Position numbers and translations under genes: made by a program. A model generated the notes under the pieces. The model was not told the origin of the DNA and ran no database searches. It was given only the letters and a program-made list of their open reading frames with translations. Below, piece by piece: positions 19,858 through 29,114 of a DNA stretch of 64,000 nucleotides. Numbering within the stretch: the stretch's first letter is position 1; each line of letters starts with the position of its first letter. This DNA comes from Fidelibacterota bacterium (GTDB lineage: Bacteria > Fidelibacterota > Marinisomatia > SCGC-AAA003-L08 > D37C17): the NCBI GenBank assembly GCA_030748955.1, contig JASMKZ010000002.1:10953-74952 (forward strand). The letters run 5' to 3'.

Positions 19858-20241
19858 ATGAATGACAGCAAAATAAACTATAAAGATATTCTAAATCCGG
19901 ATGAGTACCGAATAGCCAGAGAGGGTGCCACGGAAGCACCATTCACTGGGAAATACTGCAGCCTCTTTGAACCGGGCACTTATCTCTGTATTTGTTGCGA
20001 CACCCCCCTTTTCAGTTCTGAAACAAAATATGATTCCGGTGGCGGATGGCCTGATTTTACAGGAGCAATAACCGAAGGTTTAATAAAGTATGTGGATGAT
20101 TTCAGTTCTGGGGAAAAACAGATTGAAGTCAAATGCAATCATTGTGATGCTCACCTGGGACATGTATTTGATGATGGTCCACCGCCGGATTTCAAACGCT
20201 ACTGAATCAATTCTGCATCCCTGAAGTTTCAGGCAGAATGA
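19858..20241 (+). CDS. msrB: Peptide-methionine (R)-S-oxide reductase MsrB, predicted selenoprotein (UGA at 20203-20205 = Sec116), 127 aa
   Basis: GTE.PF, two CxxC Zn motifs, GWP.F, HLGHVF.DGP; in-frame TGA at the catalytic Cys of RY[C]INS.SL.F; frame continues INSASLKFQAE to TGA at 20239-20241. Confidence 0.9.
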
Positions 20242-20243
20242 TT
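20205..20243 (+). promoter_or_regulatory. Putative bacterial SECIS element
   Basis: ATTCTGC(20210-16)/GCAGAAT(20233-39) stem, ATCC bulge, CTGA/TCAG upper stem, AGTT apical loop starting 19 nt after UGA. Confidence 0.75.
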
Positions 20244-20251
20244 TTGGATTA

Positions 20252-20280
20252 GGTATGAAAATTAACTTAATTTTCATACC
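20252..20280. repeat. Perfect 14-1-14 inverted repeat
   Basis: GGTATGAAAATTAA-C-TTAATTTTCATACC. Confidence 0.9.
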
Positions 20281-20319
20281 GATGCAAGGGGAAGAAATAT
20301 TAAACTTTTACACTGAGAC

Positions 20320-20347
20320 AACCTCAATTTATTTGGGGTTTTTTTTT
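20320..20347 (+). terminator. Intrinsic terminator between msrB and carA
   Basis: AACCTCAA-tttat-TTGGGGTT hairpin (one G-U) followed by a T run. Confidence 0.65.
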
Positions 20348-20383
20348 ACTCAAAATGTTTATATCCAGCAATAATACAAATTA

Positions 20384-21469
20384 ATGACTAAATCTGCAAA
20401 ATTAATACTTGAAAACGGAACCATATTCTCTGGGATTTCTTTTGGTGCGGAGGGAGAAACTATCGGCGAAGTTTGTTTTAATACAGGTATGACAGGCTAT
20501 CAAGAAATTCTCACCGACCCCTCTTACTGCGGACAACTCATCACTATGACGTACCCGCATATTGGTAATTATGGTGTAAATGAAGAAGATATTGAATCTA
20601 ATAAAATTTATGCTGCTGGCTTTATTATTAGGGAAGAAAATGTCGTTCCATCAAATTATAGATCGACACAATCATTGGGTGAATATTTACGGACTCAAAA
20701 GATTGTGGGCATCCAAAAAATTGATACGCGCATGCTCACTCGAATTCTTCGAGATGAAGGCGCCATGAATGGTATAATCAGTACCGTTGATTTGGATGAT
20801 GATTCCTTGCTTCAAAAGGTTAAGATGGCCCCTTCAATGGATGGTTTAGATTTAGCCAAAGTGGTGACTTGTGATAAAAGCTATAAATGGAGCAAAGGGA
20901 AATATAAAATTGCTGCCATTGACTTCGGTATAAAACATAACATTCTTCGATTACTTGAATCTCATGGATGTGACATAACCGTTTTTCCTGCAACTGCTTC
21001 TGCAACTGAGATATTAAACATAAATCCTGATGGAATTTTTCTTTCTAATGGCCCCGGTGATCCAGCTGCAGTTACGTATGGAATTAAAACTGTAAAAGAA
21101 CTATTAGGTAAAAAACCCCTTTTCGGTATATGTTTAGGACATCAGATTTTAGCCTTGGCTTTGGGTGCTAAAACCTATAAACTGAAATTTGGACATCGAG
21201 GCTGTAATCATCCGGTAAGAAATGAGGCAACAGGAGTAGTTGAAATTACCAGTCAAAATCATGGGTTTGCGGTGGATGCAAATTCATTATCTGAGAATAT
21301 GGAAGTTACTCATTTGAGTTTGAATGATCAAACAGTAGAAGGTTTAAAATGTACAAATGTGCAGGCATTTTCAGTTCAGTATCATCCCGAATCTAGTCCG
21401 GGGCCACATGATAGTCGGTACTTATTTCAAAATTTTATAGACATGATGACGGAAAAAGAATATGCCTAA
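20384..21469 (+). CDS. carA: Carbamoyl-phosphate synthase small subunit
   Basis: [33 protein letters not shown] motifs. Confidence 0.98.
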   Translation: MTKSAKLILENGTIFSGISFGAEGETIGEVCFNTGMTGYQEILTDPSYCGQLITMTYPHIGNYGVNEEDIESNKIYAAGFIIREENVVPSNYRSTQSLGEYLRTQKIVGIQKIDTRMLTRILRDEGAMNGIISTVDLDDDSLLQKVKMAPSMDGLDLAKVVTCDKSYKWSKGKYKIAAIDFGIKHNILRLLESHGCDITVFPATASATEILNINPDGIFLSNGPGDPAAVTYGIKTVKELLGKKPLFGICLGHQILALALGAKTYKLKFGHRGCNHPVRNEATGVVEITSQNHGFAVDANSLSENMEVTHLSLNDQTVEGLKCTNVQAFSVQYHPESSPGPHDSRYLFQNFIDMMTEKEYA

Positions 21470-24400
21470 AAGAACTGATATAGAATCCATATTAATTATT
21501 GGCGCCGGACCCATTATTATTGGGCAGGCCTGTGAATTTGATTACTCTGGCACTCAGGCTTGCAGGGCTTTGCGGGAAGAAGGCTATAGAATCATTTTGG
21601 TGAACTCCAATCCGGCTACTATTATGACAGATCGCAATCTGGCAGATGCCACATATTTAGAGCCGATAACTTCAAAAGCTGTGACGGCTATTATTGAGAA
21701 AGAACAACCGGATGCTCTCCTTCCCACCGTAGGTGGTCAGACTGCACTTGATACGGCAATGGCGTTACACAAAGATGGTGTTTTGGGAAAATATAAAGTG
21801 GAACTTATTGGCGCTAATGTTGAGGCAATCCAGCGGGCTGAGGATAGGGAAGAATTCAAAATTGCCATGGATGAGGTGGGTATTGAAACTGCCCGGGGTG
21901 GATTTTCCAATACAATGGATGAAGCCGACAAGGTTATTGAAGATATACCCTTTCCGGTAATTATCCGGCCCTCATTTACCATGGGAGGCACTGGTGGTTC
22001 TGTGGCCTATAACGTGGAAGAGTTTCATGAATTAGTAGAAAATGGATTATCTGCCAGCCCTATTTCAGAAGTGCTCATCGAAGAATCTTTGTTGGGTTGG
22101 AAAGAGTATGAAATGGAAGTCGTCCGTGATGGTATGGATAATGCCATTATTATCTGCTCTATTGAGAATTTGGACCCTATGGGTGTGCATACTGGTGATT
22201 CAATTACGGTTGCTCCAGCACAGACACTCACTGATAAAGAATACCAGAAAATGCGAAACTGGTCAATCCTATGCTTACGAACAATTGGTGTGGATACTGG
22301 CGGATCAAATGTACAGTTCACCGTGAATCCTGTTGATGGTAGAATGATCATTATCGAAATGAATCCCCGTGTGAGCCGTTCATCAGCTCTTGCATCCAAA
22401 GCAACAGGGTTCCCCATTGCCAAAGTGGCGGCTAAGCTTGCAGTGGGGTATACTCTAGATGAACTGCAGAATGATATTACCGGGCAGACGATGGCTGCCT
22501 TTGAACCCAGCATTGACTATGTGGTAACCAAAATCCCCCGATTTGATTTTGAGAAGTTCCCTTCAGCATCCGGAATATTAGGTGTTCAAATGCAGTCGGT
22601 GGGTGAAGTAATGGCCATTGGTAGAACTTTCCGTGAAAGTCTGCAGAAAGCATTCCGTTCATTAGAGGTTGGGCTGAATGGATTTGAACCGAAGGAAACT
22701 GAATACCGCGATTTGGATCTGGGTAAAATTCGTTTTGCTTCAGCTTTCCGATTACTAAAAGTAAAACAGGCGTTTGAAGAGGGACATTCTATTGAAGATG
22801 TTTTTGAACAGACTAAAATTGACCCTTGGTTTTTATATCAAATTCAGAAATTAATATCTGTGGGGGCAGAATGCATTCCACCTTTTAAAGGAAAACAATT
22901 CAATGTTTCCCTACGAGAATTAAAACAAAATGGCTTTTCAGACCACCAAATCGCCCAGAAGTGGGAAAAAACTGATGATGAAATTCGACAGATGCGAAAG
23001 GATGAAAATATCCTACCAACATACAAAGTGGTAGACACATGCGCTGCGGAGTTTGAAGCACTCACTCCCTACTGTTATTCCACTTACGAAACGGAAAATG
23101 AAATTACATCTATAGAAGGAAAAAAGATGATGATTTTGGGTGGTGGTCCCAACCGAATTGGCCAAGGGATTGAGTTCGATTACTGCTGTGTTCAGGCTGT
23201 ATTTGGTTTGAAAGAAGCCGGCTATAAAACCATCATGGTAAATTGTAATCCGGAGACAGTTTCTACCGATTTTGACATTGCAGATCGCCTATATTTTGAG
23301 CCCCTCACATTTGAAGATGTGATGAATATTGTGGATTTAGAAAATCCAGATGGTGTTTTGGTTCAGTTTGGGGGTCAAACACCTCTCAATATTGCTAATC
23401 GTTTAAAAGATGCAGGGGTAAATATTATTGGTACCAATCCTGATGCCATTGATCTGGCTGAAAATCGTGATAAATTCGGGAAAATTTTAGATGGCTTGAA
23501 AATTCCTGTACCCAAGTGGGGAACTGCTTTTTCTGTGGATGAAGCCTTGGTAGTGGCTCATGATGTGGGATATCCCGTTTTGGTTCGACCCTCTTATGTA
23601 TTGGGTGGCAGGGGAATGGAAATTGTTTACGATGACGATGGCCTCAAAACCTATGTGGGTAAAGCCGCACTGGTTTCAGGTGAGCATCCTATTTTGGTGG
23701 ATGCCTTTTTAGAAGATGCCTTTGAGTTTGATGTGGATGCCCTCTGTGATGGCACTGATGTTTTTGTGGCAGGAATTATGCAACATATTGAAGAAGCTGG
23801 CATACATTCGGGAGATTCGGCCTGTGTACTACCAGCTTATGAGCTCACATCAACATCTAGAAGATTGATTAAAGATTATACCAAAGAATTGGCATTGAGT
23901 TTGAATACCGTTGGGCTCATTAATATCCAGTTTGCAATGAAGAATGATGTAGTATATGTGATAGAAGTAAATCCGCGGGCAAGTCGAACCGTGCCATTTA
24001 TTAGCAAAGTGATTGATTTTCCATTAGCCAAAGTAGCGGCACAATTAGCAGTGGGTAAAACGTTGTCTGAATTTGAACTTCCATCCACATCTAAAAATGA
24101 ACTTATTGCAGTTAAGAAGCCTGTATTCCCTTTTAATAAATTTCCTCAACAGAATGTATTTTTATCGCCGGAAATGAAATCCACTGGTGAAGTAATTGGA
24201 TTCGATAAACATTTGGGTAGCGCATATGCTAAAGCAGAAGCTGGTGCCGGAAACTCATTGCCTGAGAAGGGTACTATTTTCATTTCTGTAAATAATTTAG
24301 ATAAGGTTAAGGCCATTCCGCTGGCGCGGGATTTTCAAGAATTGGGATTTGATATCATTGCTACCAATGGCACAGCAGACCTTTTATCTGAAAATGGTGT

Positions 24401-24662
24401 GGCAGCTCGCCCCATATTTAAGGTAGGTGAGGGTCGCCCAAATGTTGTGGATGCTATTAAAAATGGCGAGGTTCAGTTGGTGGTAAATACGCCCATGGGT
24501 GCTCAGGCTCGAGAAGATGAATATGAAATTGGCCGTTCTGCCATCCGCCATAAAATACCAGCCATTACCACCATCTCTGGAGCACAGGCAGCAGTGCGGG
24601 GAATTCGAAATATTAAGAATGGTTCACTTCAATACCGCAGTTTGCAGGAGGTGTTTGGATAA
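21462..24662 (+). CDS. carB: Carbamoyl-phosphate synthase large subunit
   Basis: [22 protein letters not shown]; two ATP-grasp domains; C-terminal MGS domain. Confidence 0.98.
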   Translation: MPKRTDIESILIIGAGPIIIGQACEFDYSGTQACRALREEGYRIILVNSNPATIMTDRNLADATYLEPITSKAVTAIIEKEQPDALLPTVGGQTALDTAMALHKDGVLGKYKVELIGANVEAIQRAEDREEFKIAMDEVGIETARGGFSNTMDEADKVIEDIPFPVIIRPSFTMGGTGGSVAYNVEEFHELVENGLSASPISEVLIEESLLGWKEYEMEVVRDGMDNAIIICSIENLDPMGVHTGDSITVAPAQTLTDKEYQKMRNWSILCLRTIGVDTGGSNVQFTVNPVDGRMIIIEMNPRVSRSSALASKATGFPIAKVAAKLAVGYTLDELQNDITGQTMAAFEPSIDYVVTKIPRFDFEKFPSASGILGVQMQSVGEVMAIGRTFRESLQKAFRSLEVGLNGFEPKETEYRDLDLGKIRFASAFRLLKVKQAFEEGHSIEDVFEQTKIDPWFLYQIQKLISVGAECIPPFKGKQFNVSLRELKQNGFSDHQIAQKWEKTDDEIRQMRKDENILPTYKVVDTCAAEFEALTPYCYSTYETENEITSIEGKKMMILGGGPNRIGQGIEFDYCCVQAVFGLKEAGYKTIMVNCNPETVSTDFDIADRLYFEPLTFEDVMNIVDLENPDGVLVQFGGQTPLNIANRLKDAGVNIIGTNPDAIDLAENRDKFGKILDGLKIPVPKWGTAFSVDEALVVAHDVGYPVLVRPSYVLGGRGMEIVYDDDGLKTYVGKAALVSGEHPILVDAFLEDAFEFDVDALCDGTDVFVAGIMQHIEEAGIHSGDSACVLPAYELTSTSRRLIKDYTKELALSLNTVGLINIQFAMKNDVVYVIEVNPRASRTVPFISKVIDFPLAKVAAQLAVGKTLSEFELPSTSKNELIAVKKPVFPFNKFPQQNVFLSPEMKSTGEVIGFDKHLGSAYAKAEAGAGNSLPEKGTIFISVNNLDKVKAIPLARDFQELGFDIIATNGTADLLSENGVAARPIFKVGEGRPNVVDAIKNGEVQLVVNTPMGAQAREDEYEIGRSAIRHKIPAITTISGAQAAVRGIRNIKNGSLQYRSLQEVFG

Positions 24663-24707
24663 TTCTATATTTAGTTTAGAAAAACAGTACATAATTTACC
24701 TCTATAA

Positions 24708-25976
24708 ATGAGCGCCTATATCACATCACTCCTATTTGCCATCCCTATTTTTATAATATTAATTGGGCTGGAATCCTTTGTTGCCTACCGCCGAGGAATA
24801 CAGATAAATCATGCGGCTGATATGATTTCTAGTCTCAGCTCTGGCCTTACGAATGCCACCCGGGACGGTATACAATTTGGGGTGGTTCTCATCAGCTATA
24901 CCTGGTTGGTAAACCATATAACTATTTATAAGGTTGAAAATCTATGGCTGGCGGTAGTTATCGCATTTGTGGTAGAAGATTTTGCTGGGTATTGGATTCA
25001 CAGAATGAGTCATCGTGTTAATATTTTATGGAATCGCCATGTCATTCACCATAGCAGTGAAGAGTATAATCTTTCCTGTGCATTGAGACAATCAATTTCA
25101 GATAATATTAAATTTTTTTCCATTTTATTAATTCCGGCTGCTGTGATGGGAATACCCCCCGCTCTTTTTGCCATTATTAGTCCTGTGCATTTATTTTTAC
25201 AATTCTGGTATCATACCCGCTTGATTGATAAAATGGGTATATTAGAAAATATATTGGTGACACCTTCACATCACCGTGTTCACCATGCCATAAACCCAGA
25301 ATATCTGGATAAGAATTACAGCCAGATTTTTATTATTTGGGATAAACTCTTTGGCACCTTTCAGCCAGAAGAAAAATCTAATTCGCCTGTTTATGGAATA
25401 TTGCGACCTGCCAAAACATGGAACCCCATCCTCATTAATTTTAAGCATCTCTGGCAACTGACAAAAGATGCCTACCATGCCAATAGTTATTGGGACAAAA
25501 TTCGAATATGGTTCATGCCAACGGGTTGGCGTCCTTTAGATGTTGCTGAAAAAAATCCTGTTAGAACTGTTGAAAATCCGGCTTCGCTTAAGAAGTATAC
25601 AACAGAAAATTCTAAATTTTTATTGGGCTGGTCCTACTTCCAATTATTTATGACTTTAACTTTAATGATTCTAATTTTTTTTAACATGCCTATACTGTCT
25701 AAAAGTATAATTCTACTATTAGGGGGATTATTGGCTGTACATGTAATGGCTTATACTTTATTGTTGGATGGAAAGAAAATGGCTATAGCCCTGGAAGGAT
25801 TAAAGTTTGTATTTGGTATGGTATTATTTATTACACTTAATGAGAGGATTGGGTTTGTATCGAGTTTTAGTCTCAATTTGATTTTAAGTTACCTCTTTAC
25901 TTCTTTGGGAATGACAATTTATTTTTTCTGGATCGAAATAAAATCACAGCAAGTTATCGCTTCCGTTGAACCCTGA
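24708..25976 (+). CDS. Sterol desaturase / fatty acid hydroxylase family (alkylglycerol monooxygenase-like)
   Basis: His boxes HRMSH, HVIHH, HHRVHH; DKNYSQIFIIWDKLFGTF. Confidence 0.85.
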   Translation: MSAYITSLLFAIPIFIILIGLESFVAYRRGIQINHAADMISSLSSGLTNATRDGIQFGVVLISYTWLVNHITIYKVENLWLAVVIAFVVEDFAGYWIHRMSHRVNILWNRHVIHHSSEEYNLSCALRQSISDNIKFFSILLIPAAVMGIPPALFAIISPVHLFLQFWYHTRLIDKMGILENILVTPSHHRVHHAINPEYLDKNYSQIFIIWDKLFGTFQPEEKSNSPVYGILRPAKTWNPILINFKHLWQLTKDAYHANSYWDKIRIWFMPTGWRPLDVAEKNPVRTVENPASLKKYTTENSKFLLGWSYFQLFMTLTLMILIFFNMPILSKSIILLLGGLLAVHVMAYTLLLDGKKMAIALEGLKFVFGMVLFITLNERIGFVSSFSLNLILSYLFTSLGMTIYFFWIEIKSQQVIASVEP

Positions 25977-25982
25977 TTTTTA

Positions 25983-27050
25983 TTGATACCTTTAATCCTC
26001 AATGACCTTGGGTATACTTCCCAATTAGATACTTTTATTCAATCTCATGATTTAGCCGGTTTTGAGATTGGTCGCATTATTCGTGAGAGTAAGAAAAAGT
26101 ATGTGGTGAAAACCGAACTTAATAATTATAACAGCCAAATTTCTGGGAAACTGAGGCATGAGGCAAAAAGCCGGTCTGATTACCCTGCCGTTGGAGATTG
26201 GGTGGCCATTAAACCCGTGGAAAAAGATCGGGCCATCATCCATGAAATTTTACCCCGGAAAACTATTATCGAACGTCAAGCCATTGGCCGTTTTGGTAAA
26301 AAACAAACCATTGCCACCAATGTGGATGTTGCCTTTGTTATGCAGGATATTGCTCATGATTTCAACTTAAATCGGCTGGACAGATTAATTGCCATTTGTT
26401 TTGCCTCTAAAATTCAACCCGTAATGATTCTCACCAAGATAGATATTGCAGACAAATCTGAATTGGCAGATAGAGTGGCACAAATTGACAAACGATTTAA
26501 TGACATATACATTTTTCTACTCAGTAATAAAAGTATGGAAGGATTTTCTGCTATTCAAAATATGATTGAGTACGGAAGAACCTACTGTTTTATTGGTGCT
26601 TCAGGGGCAGGCAAGTCTACCCTTATTAATAATTTGGTGGGGGAAAAGGTGATGCTCACCAAGTCATTACGAGAGAAATCTCATAAAGGGCAGCATACAA
26701 CTAGTCATCGTGAATTATTTATTTTAAAAGATTCCGGCGTACTTATTGATACTCCAGGAATGCGTGAGTTGGGCGTGGCTGAGAGTTTCAAGACGTTGGA
26801 ATCTACCTTTGAAATCATTTTCACACTTTCAGATTCCTGTAAATATTCAGATTGTACTCATCTTATTGAGCCGGAATGTGCAGTGCTTATGGCCCTTGAA
26901 AAAAATGAAATTGATCGGTCCTATTATGATAATTTCCATAAAATGAAAGGGGAGCAGTCTCAATTTGAACTCAATAAAAGAGGAATAAAAGATAAAGAAA
27001 CAATAAAAAAAATGAAGTCTGATTCTAAAAATAAAAAGTCTCGAAGGTAA
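25983..27050 (+). CDS. rsgA: Ribosome small subunit-dependent GTPase A
   Basis: Circularly permuted GTPase: TKID, GASGAGKSTLIN, HTT, DTPGMRE; Zn motif CKYSDCTH..EPEC. Confidence 0.95.
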   Translation: MIPLILNDLGYTSQLDTFIQSHDLAGFEIGRIIRESKKKYVVKTELNNYNSQISGKLRHEAKSRSDYPAVGDWVAIKPVEKDRAIIHEILPRKTIIERQAIGRFGKKQTIATNVDVAFVMQDIAHDFNLNRLDRLIAICFASKIQPVMILTKIDIADKSELADRVAQIDKRFNDIYIFLLSNKSMEGFSAIQNMIEYGRTYCFIGASGAGKSTLINNLVGEKVMLTKSLREKSHKGQHTTSHRELFILKDSGVLIDTPGMRELGVAESFKTLESTFEIIFTLSDSCKYSDCTHLIEPECAVLMALEKNEIDRSYYDNFHKMKGEQSQFELNKRGIKDKETIKKMKSDSKNKKSRR

Positions 27051-27120
27051 TCTAATAATGGTTAAAAATCAGAAGGAGGTTAGCAAAATTGCAATCCTAT
27101 TATAAACTAGTTTCTGCAGA

Positions 27121-28044
27121 AAATTAAATATCTCACTTTCTGTAATATATCACTCTGATTTTCTAAATCATGACACTGGAGTGGGGCACCCTGAGCGACC
27201 TGACCGTTTGCGTACCTGCGTGTCTGCTTTAGAATCCTGTGAATTTTCTCATAAATTAAACTGGCTATTCCCTCGCATAGCCACTGAAACTGAGTTAGAA
27301 TGGATACACACCAAAGAGCATATCGATAATGTCAAAAAAGTATGTAAATCGGGTGGGGGCTATCTTGATCCCGATACGCCTGTTTGCTCTGAAAGTTATA
27401 ATATTGCCCTGAAATCAGCTGGTGCCTGGTTGGGTGGTGTGGATGAAATTATGGGTGGCAACTCTGCCTTGATACTCGCGCGACCGCCGGGGCATCATGC
27501 AGAATCAGATCGGGCTATGGGCTTTTGCCTTTTTTCAAACGCTGCCTTGGCAGCAGTATATGCCCTTAAACAAAATGCGATAAATAAAGTGGCTGTCTTT
27601 GATTGGGATGTACATCATGGTAATGGTACCCAGCATATTGTACAGTCCAATCCGGATATTGCCTATATATCAATTCACCAATTTCCCTTTTACCCAGGCA
27701 CAGGTTCTCAGGTTGAGAGGGGAGATTTTAATAATATGCTGAATATTCCCGTTCCTTCTGGTTTTGGAAGTAAGGAGTATAAGCAAATCTTTGATGAGCA
27801 GGTTTTCCCCTTTATTCAAAACTTTCACCCCAATCTCTTAATTATCAGTGCTGGCTTTGATGCCCACCGAAATGACCCTTTAGCAGGAATTAATCTAGTG
27901 GCGGAAGATTTTGCTTATATGACTAAACGCTGCCGGGAAATTCAACCAAACTTTCTCCTTGGATTAGAAGGTGGTTATGATCTGGGGGCTTTGGAGAAGT
28001 GTGTGGTTGGAGTGTGTGAACAGATGGTGCAAGCTAACGTTTAG
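27121..28044 (+). CDS. Histone deacetylase-family (AcuC/HdaH-like) amidohydrolase; start uncertain
   Basis: HPE, RPPGHHA, GFCLF, DWDVHHGNGTQ, SAGFDAH, LEGGYD; conserved IYHSDFLNHDTG lies upstream of the first GTG (27181). Confidence 0.9.
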   Translation, partial: KLNISLSVIYHSDFLNHDTGVGHPERPDRLRTCVSALESCEFSHKLNWLFPRIATETELEWIHTKEHIDNVKKVCKSGGGYLDPDTPVCSESYNIALKSAGAWLGGVDEIMGGNSALILARPPGHHAESDRAMGFCLFSNAALAAVYALKQNAINKVAVFDWDVHHGNGTQHIVQSNPDIAYISIHQFPFYPGTGSQVERGDFNNMLNIPVPSGFGSKEYKQIFDEQVFPFIQNFHPNLLIISAGFDAHRNDPLAGINLVAEDFAYMTKRCREIQPNFLLGLEGGYDLGALEKCVVGVCEQMVQANV

Positions 28045-28074
28045 TGTATGGTGCGTATCCTAGGGTATGCACTA

Positions 28075-29112
28075 TCATTTTAAAAATACCGGTTGAATTA
28101 TATCCAAAACAGCTTTTTCTGTCTCAAATTCCACTTCAATTTTAATCACAAAAGTCTCAAATTCATCTAAAAAGCTTTCAGGTAATTTTACCAGATCTTT
28201 TTCCGTTGTGATAATAGCTGTACAATTACTTGATTTTATCTGAGCTGATAATTCTGTAATCACTGATTCTGTATATTCTTGATGATCCGAAAAAATCCGT
28301 TTCCCTCCTAATTTTAAATCTAATTGTTTAATAGACTTGAAAAATGAATCTGGTTCTCCAATTCCACAAAAGGCAAAAAGTACTTCAGGGGAAGGAAGCG
28401 ATTTATGATAACCTGATGAATCATATCTCATTAATGTCGAAATTATACTGCTTGCAATGGAAACTCCTTTAAATGCAGATTGTAATTCAGCAAGCATATT
28501 GGGAGGAGTATAATTATCTGTTTTTGTAAAAACTATGGCATTGGATCTGTTTATATTTTTAAATGGTTCCCTTAATTCCCCCCAAGGCAGTAATCTATAA
28601 TCATTTTTTGAATCATTTGCAGAAATGGTAATGATATCTAAATCTCGTTTCACTCTGCGATGCTGAAATCCATCATCCATAATAATAATATTTACCGTTG
28701 AAGAATTTAATAAATGACAAATGGCCTTTCTGCGATTTTCACAAACAATAATTGGTACAGATTTTAAAATTGTTGCCATTAAAAATGGTTCATCTCCAGC
28801 AGATTCTACCTTTGCTTTCATTTTCTTTCCATCATGAACTACCACCAAACCTTGAGATTTTCGTCCGTAACCACGGCTCACAATACCTGGATTTTTTCCA
28901 TTCTTTATTAATAAATTTGCCAAATACATAACCAGTGGGGTTTTTCCACTTCCACCAGTAGTAATATTCCCCACCGAAATGATAGGCAGTTTAAAGTCTT
29001 CTGTGGTAAACCATCCCAAATCATAAAATAGGTTTCGAAGATAAATGATGCAGCCATACACTAGCGAAAGGGGAATTGTAATGGGCGTCAATATAGATCG
29101 TAACAATATCAA
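28075..29112 (-). CDS. lpxK: Tetraacyldisaccharide 4'-kinase
   Basis: SVGNITTGGSGKTP, SRGYG, GDEP, DDGFQH, TTEKD. Confidence 0.97.
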   Translation of the reverse strand: MILLRSILTPITIPLSLVYGCIIYLRNLFYDLGWFTTEDFKLPIISVGNITTGGSGKTPLVMYLANLLIKNGKNPGIVSRGYGRKSQGLVVVHDGKKMKAKVESAGDEPFLMATILKSVPIIVCENRRKAICHLLNSSTVNIIIMDDGFQHRRVKRDLDIITISANDSKNDYRLLPWGELREPFKNINRSNAIVFTKTDNYTPPNMLAELQSAFKGVSIASSIISTLMRYDSSGYHKSLPSPEVLFAFCGIGEPDSFFKSIKQLDLKLGGKRIFSDHQEYTESVITELSAQIKSSNCTAIITTEKDLVKLPESFLDEFETFVIKIEVEFETEKAVLDIIQPVFLK

Positions 29113-29114
29113 AT

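Noticed and set aside
20203-20205. UGA as evidence of genome-wide codon reassignment (Trp or Gly)
   Set aside because: Other genes end cleanly at TGA (25976, 49713, 51779, 52618), Trp is TGG throughout, and no other gene in the window shows internal TGA; the recoding is site-specific
19858-20205. msrB as a simple nonsense pseudogene
   Set aside because: TGY to TGA is one substitution, so it cannot be excluded, but the stop hits exactly the catalytic residue, the downstream motif is intact and a SECIS-like hairpin follows
21733-24088. Several 60-160 aa alternative-frame and antisense ORFs inside carB
   Set aside because: Shadow ORFs of a highly conserved gene, with no motifs or start signals
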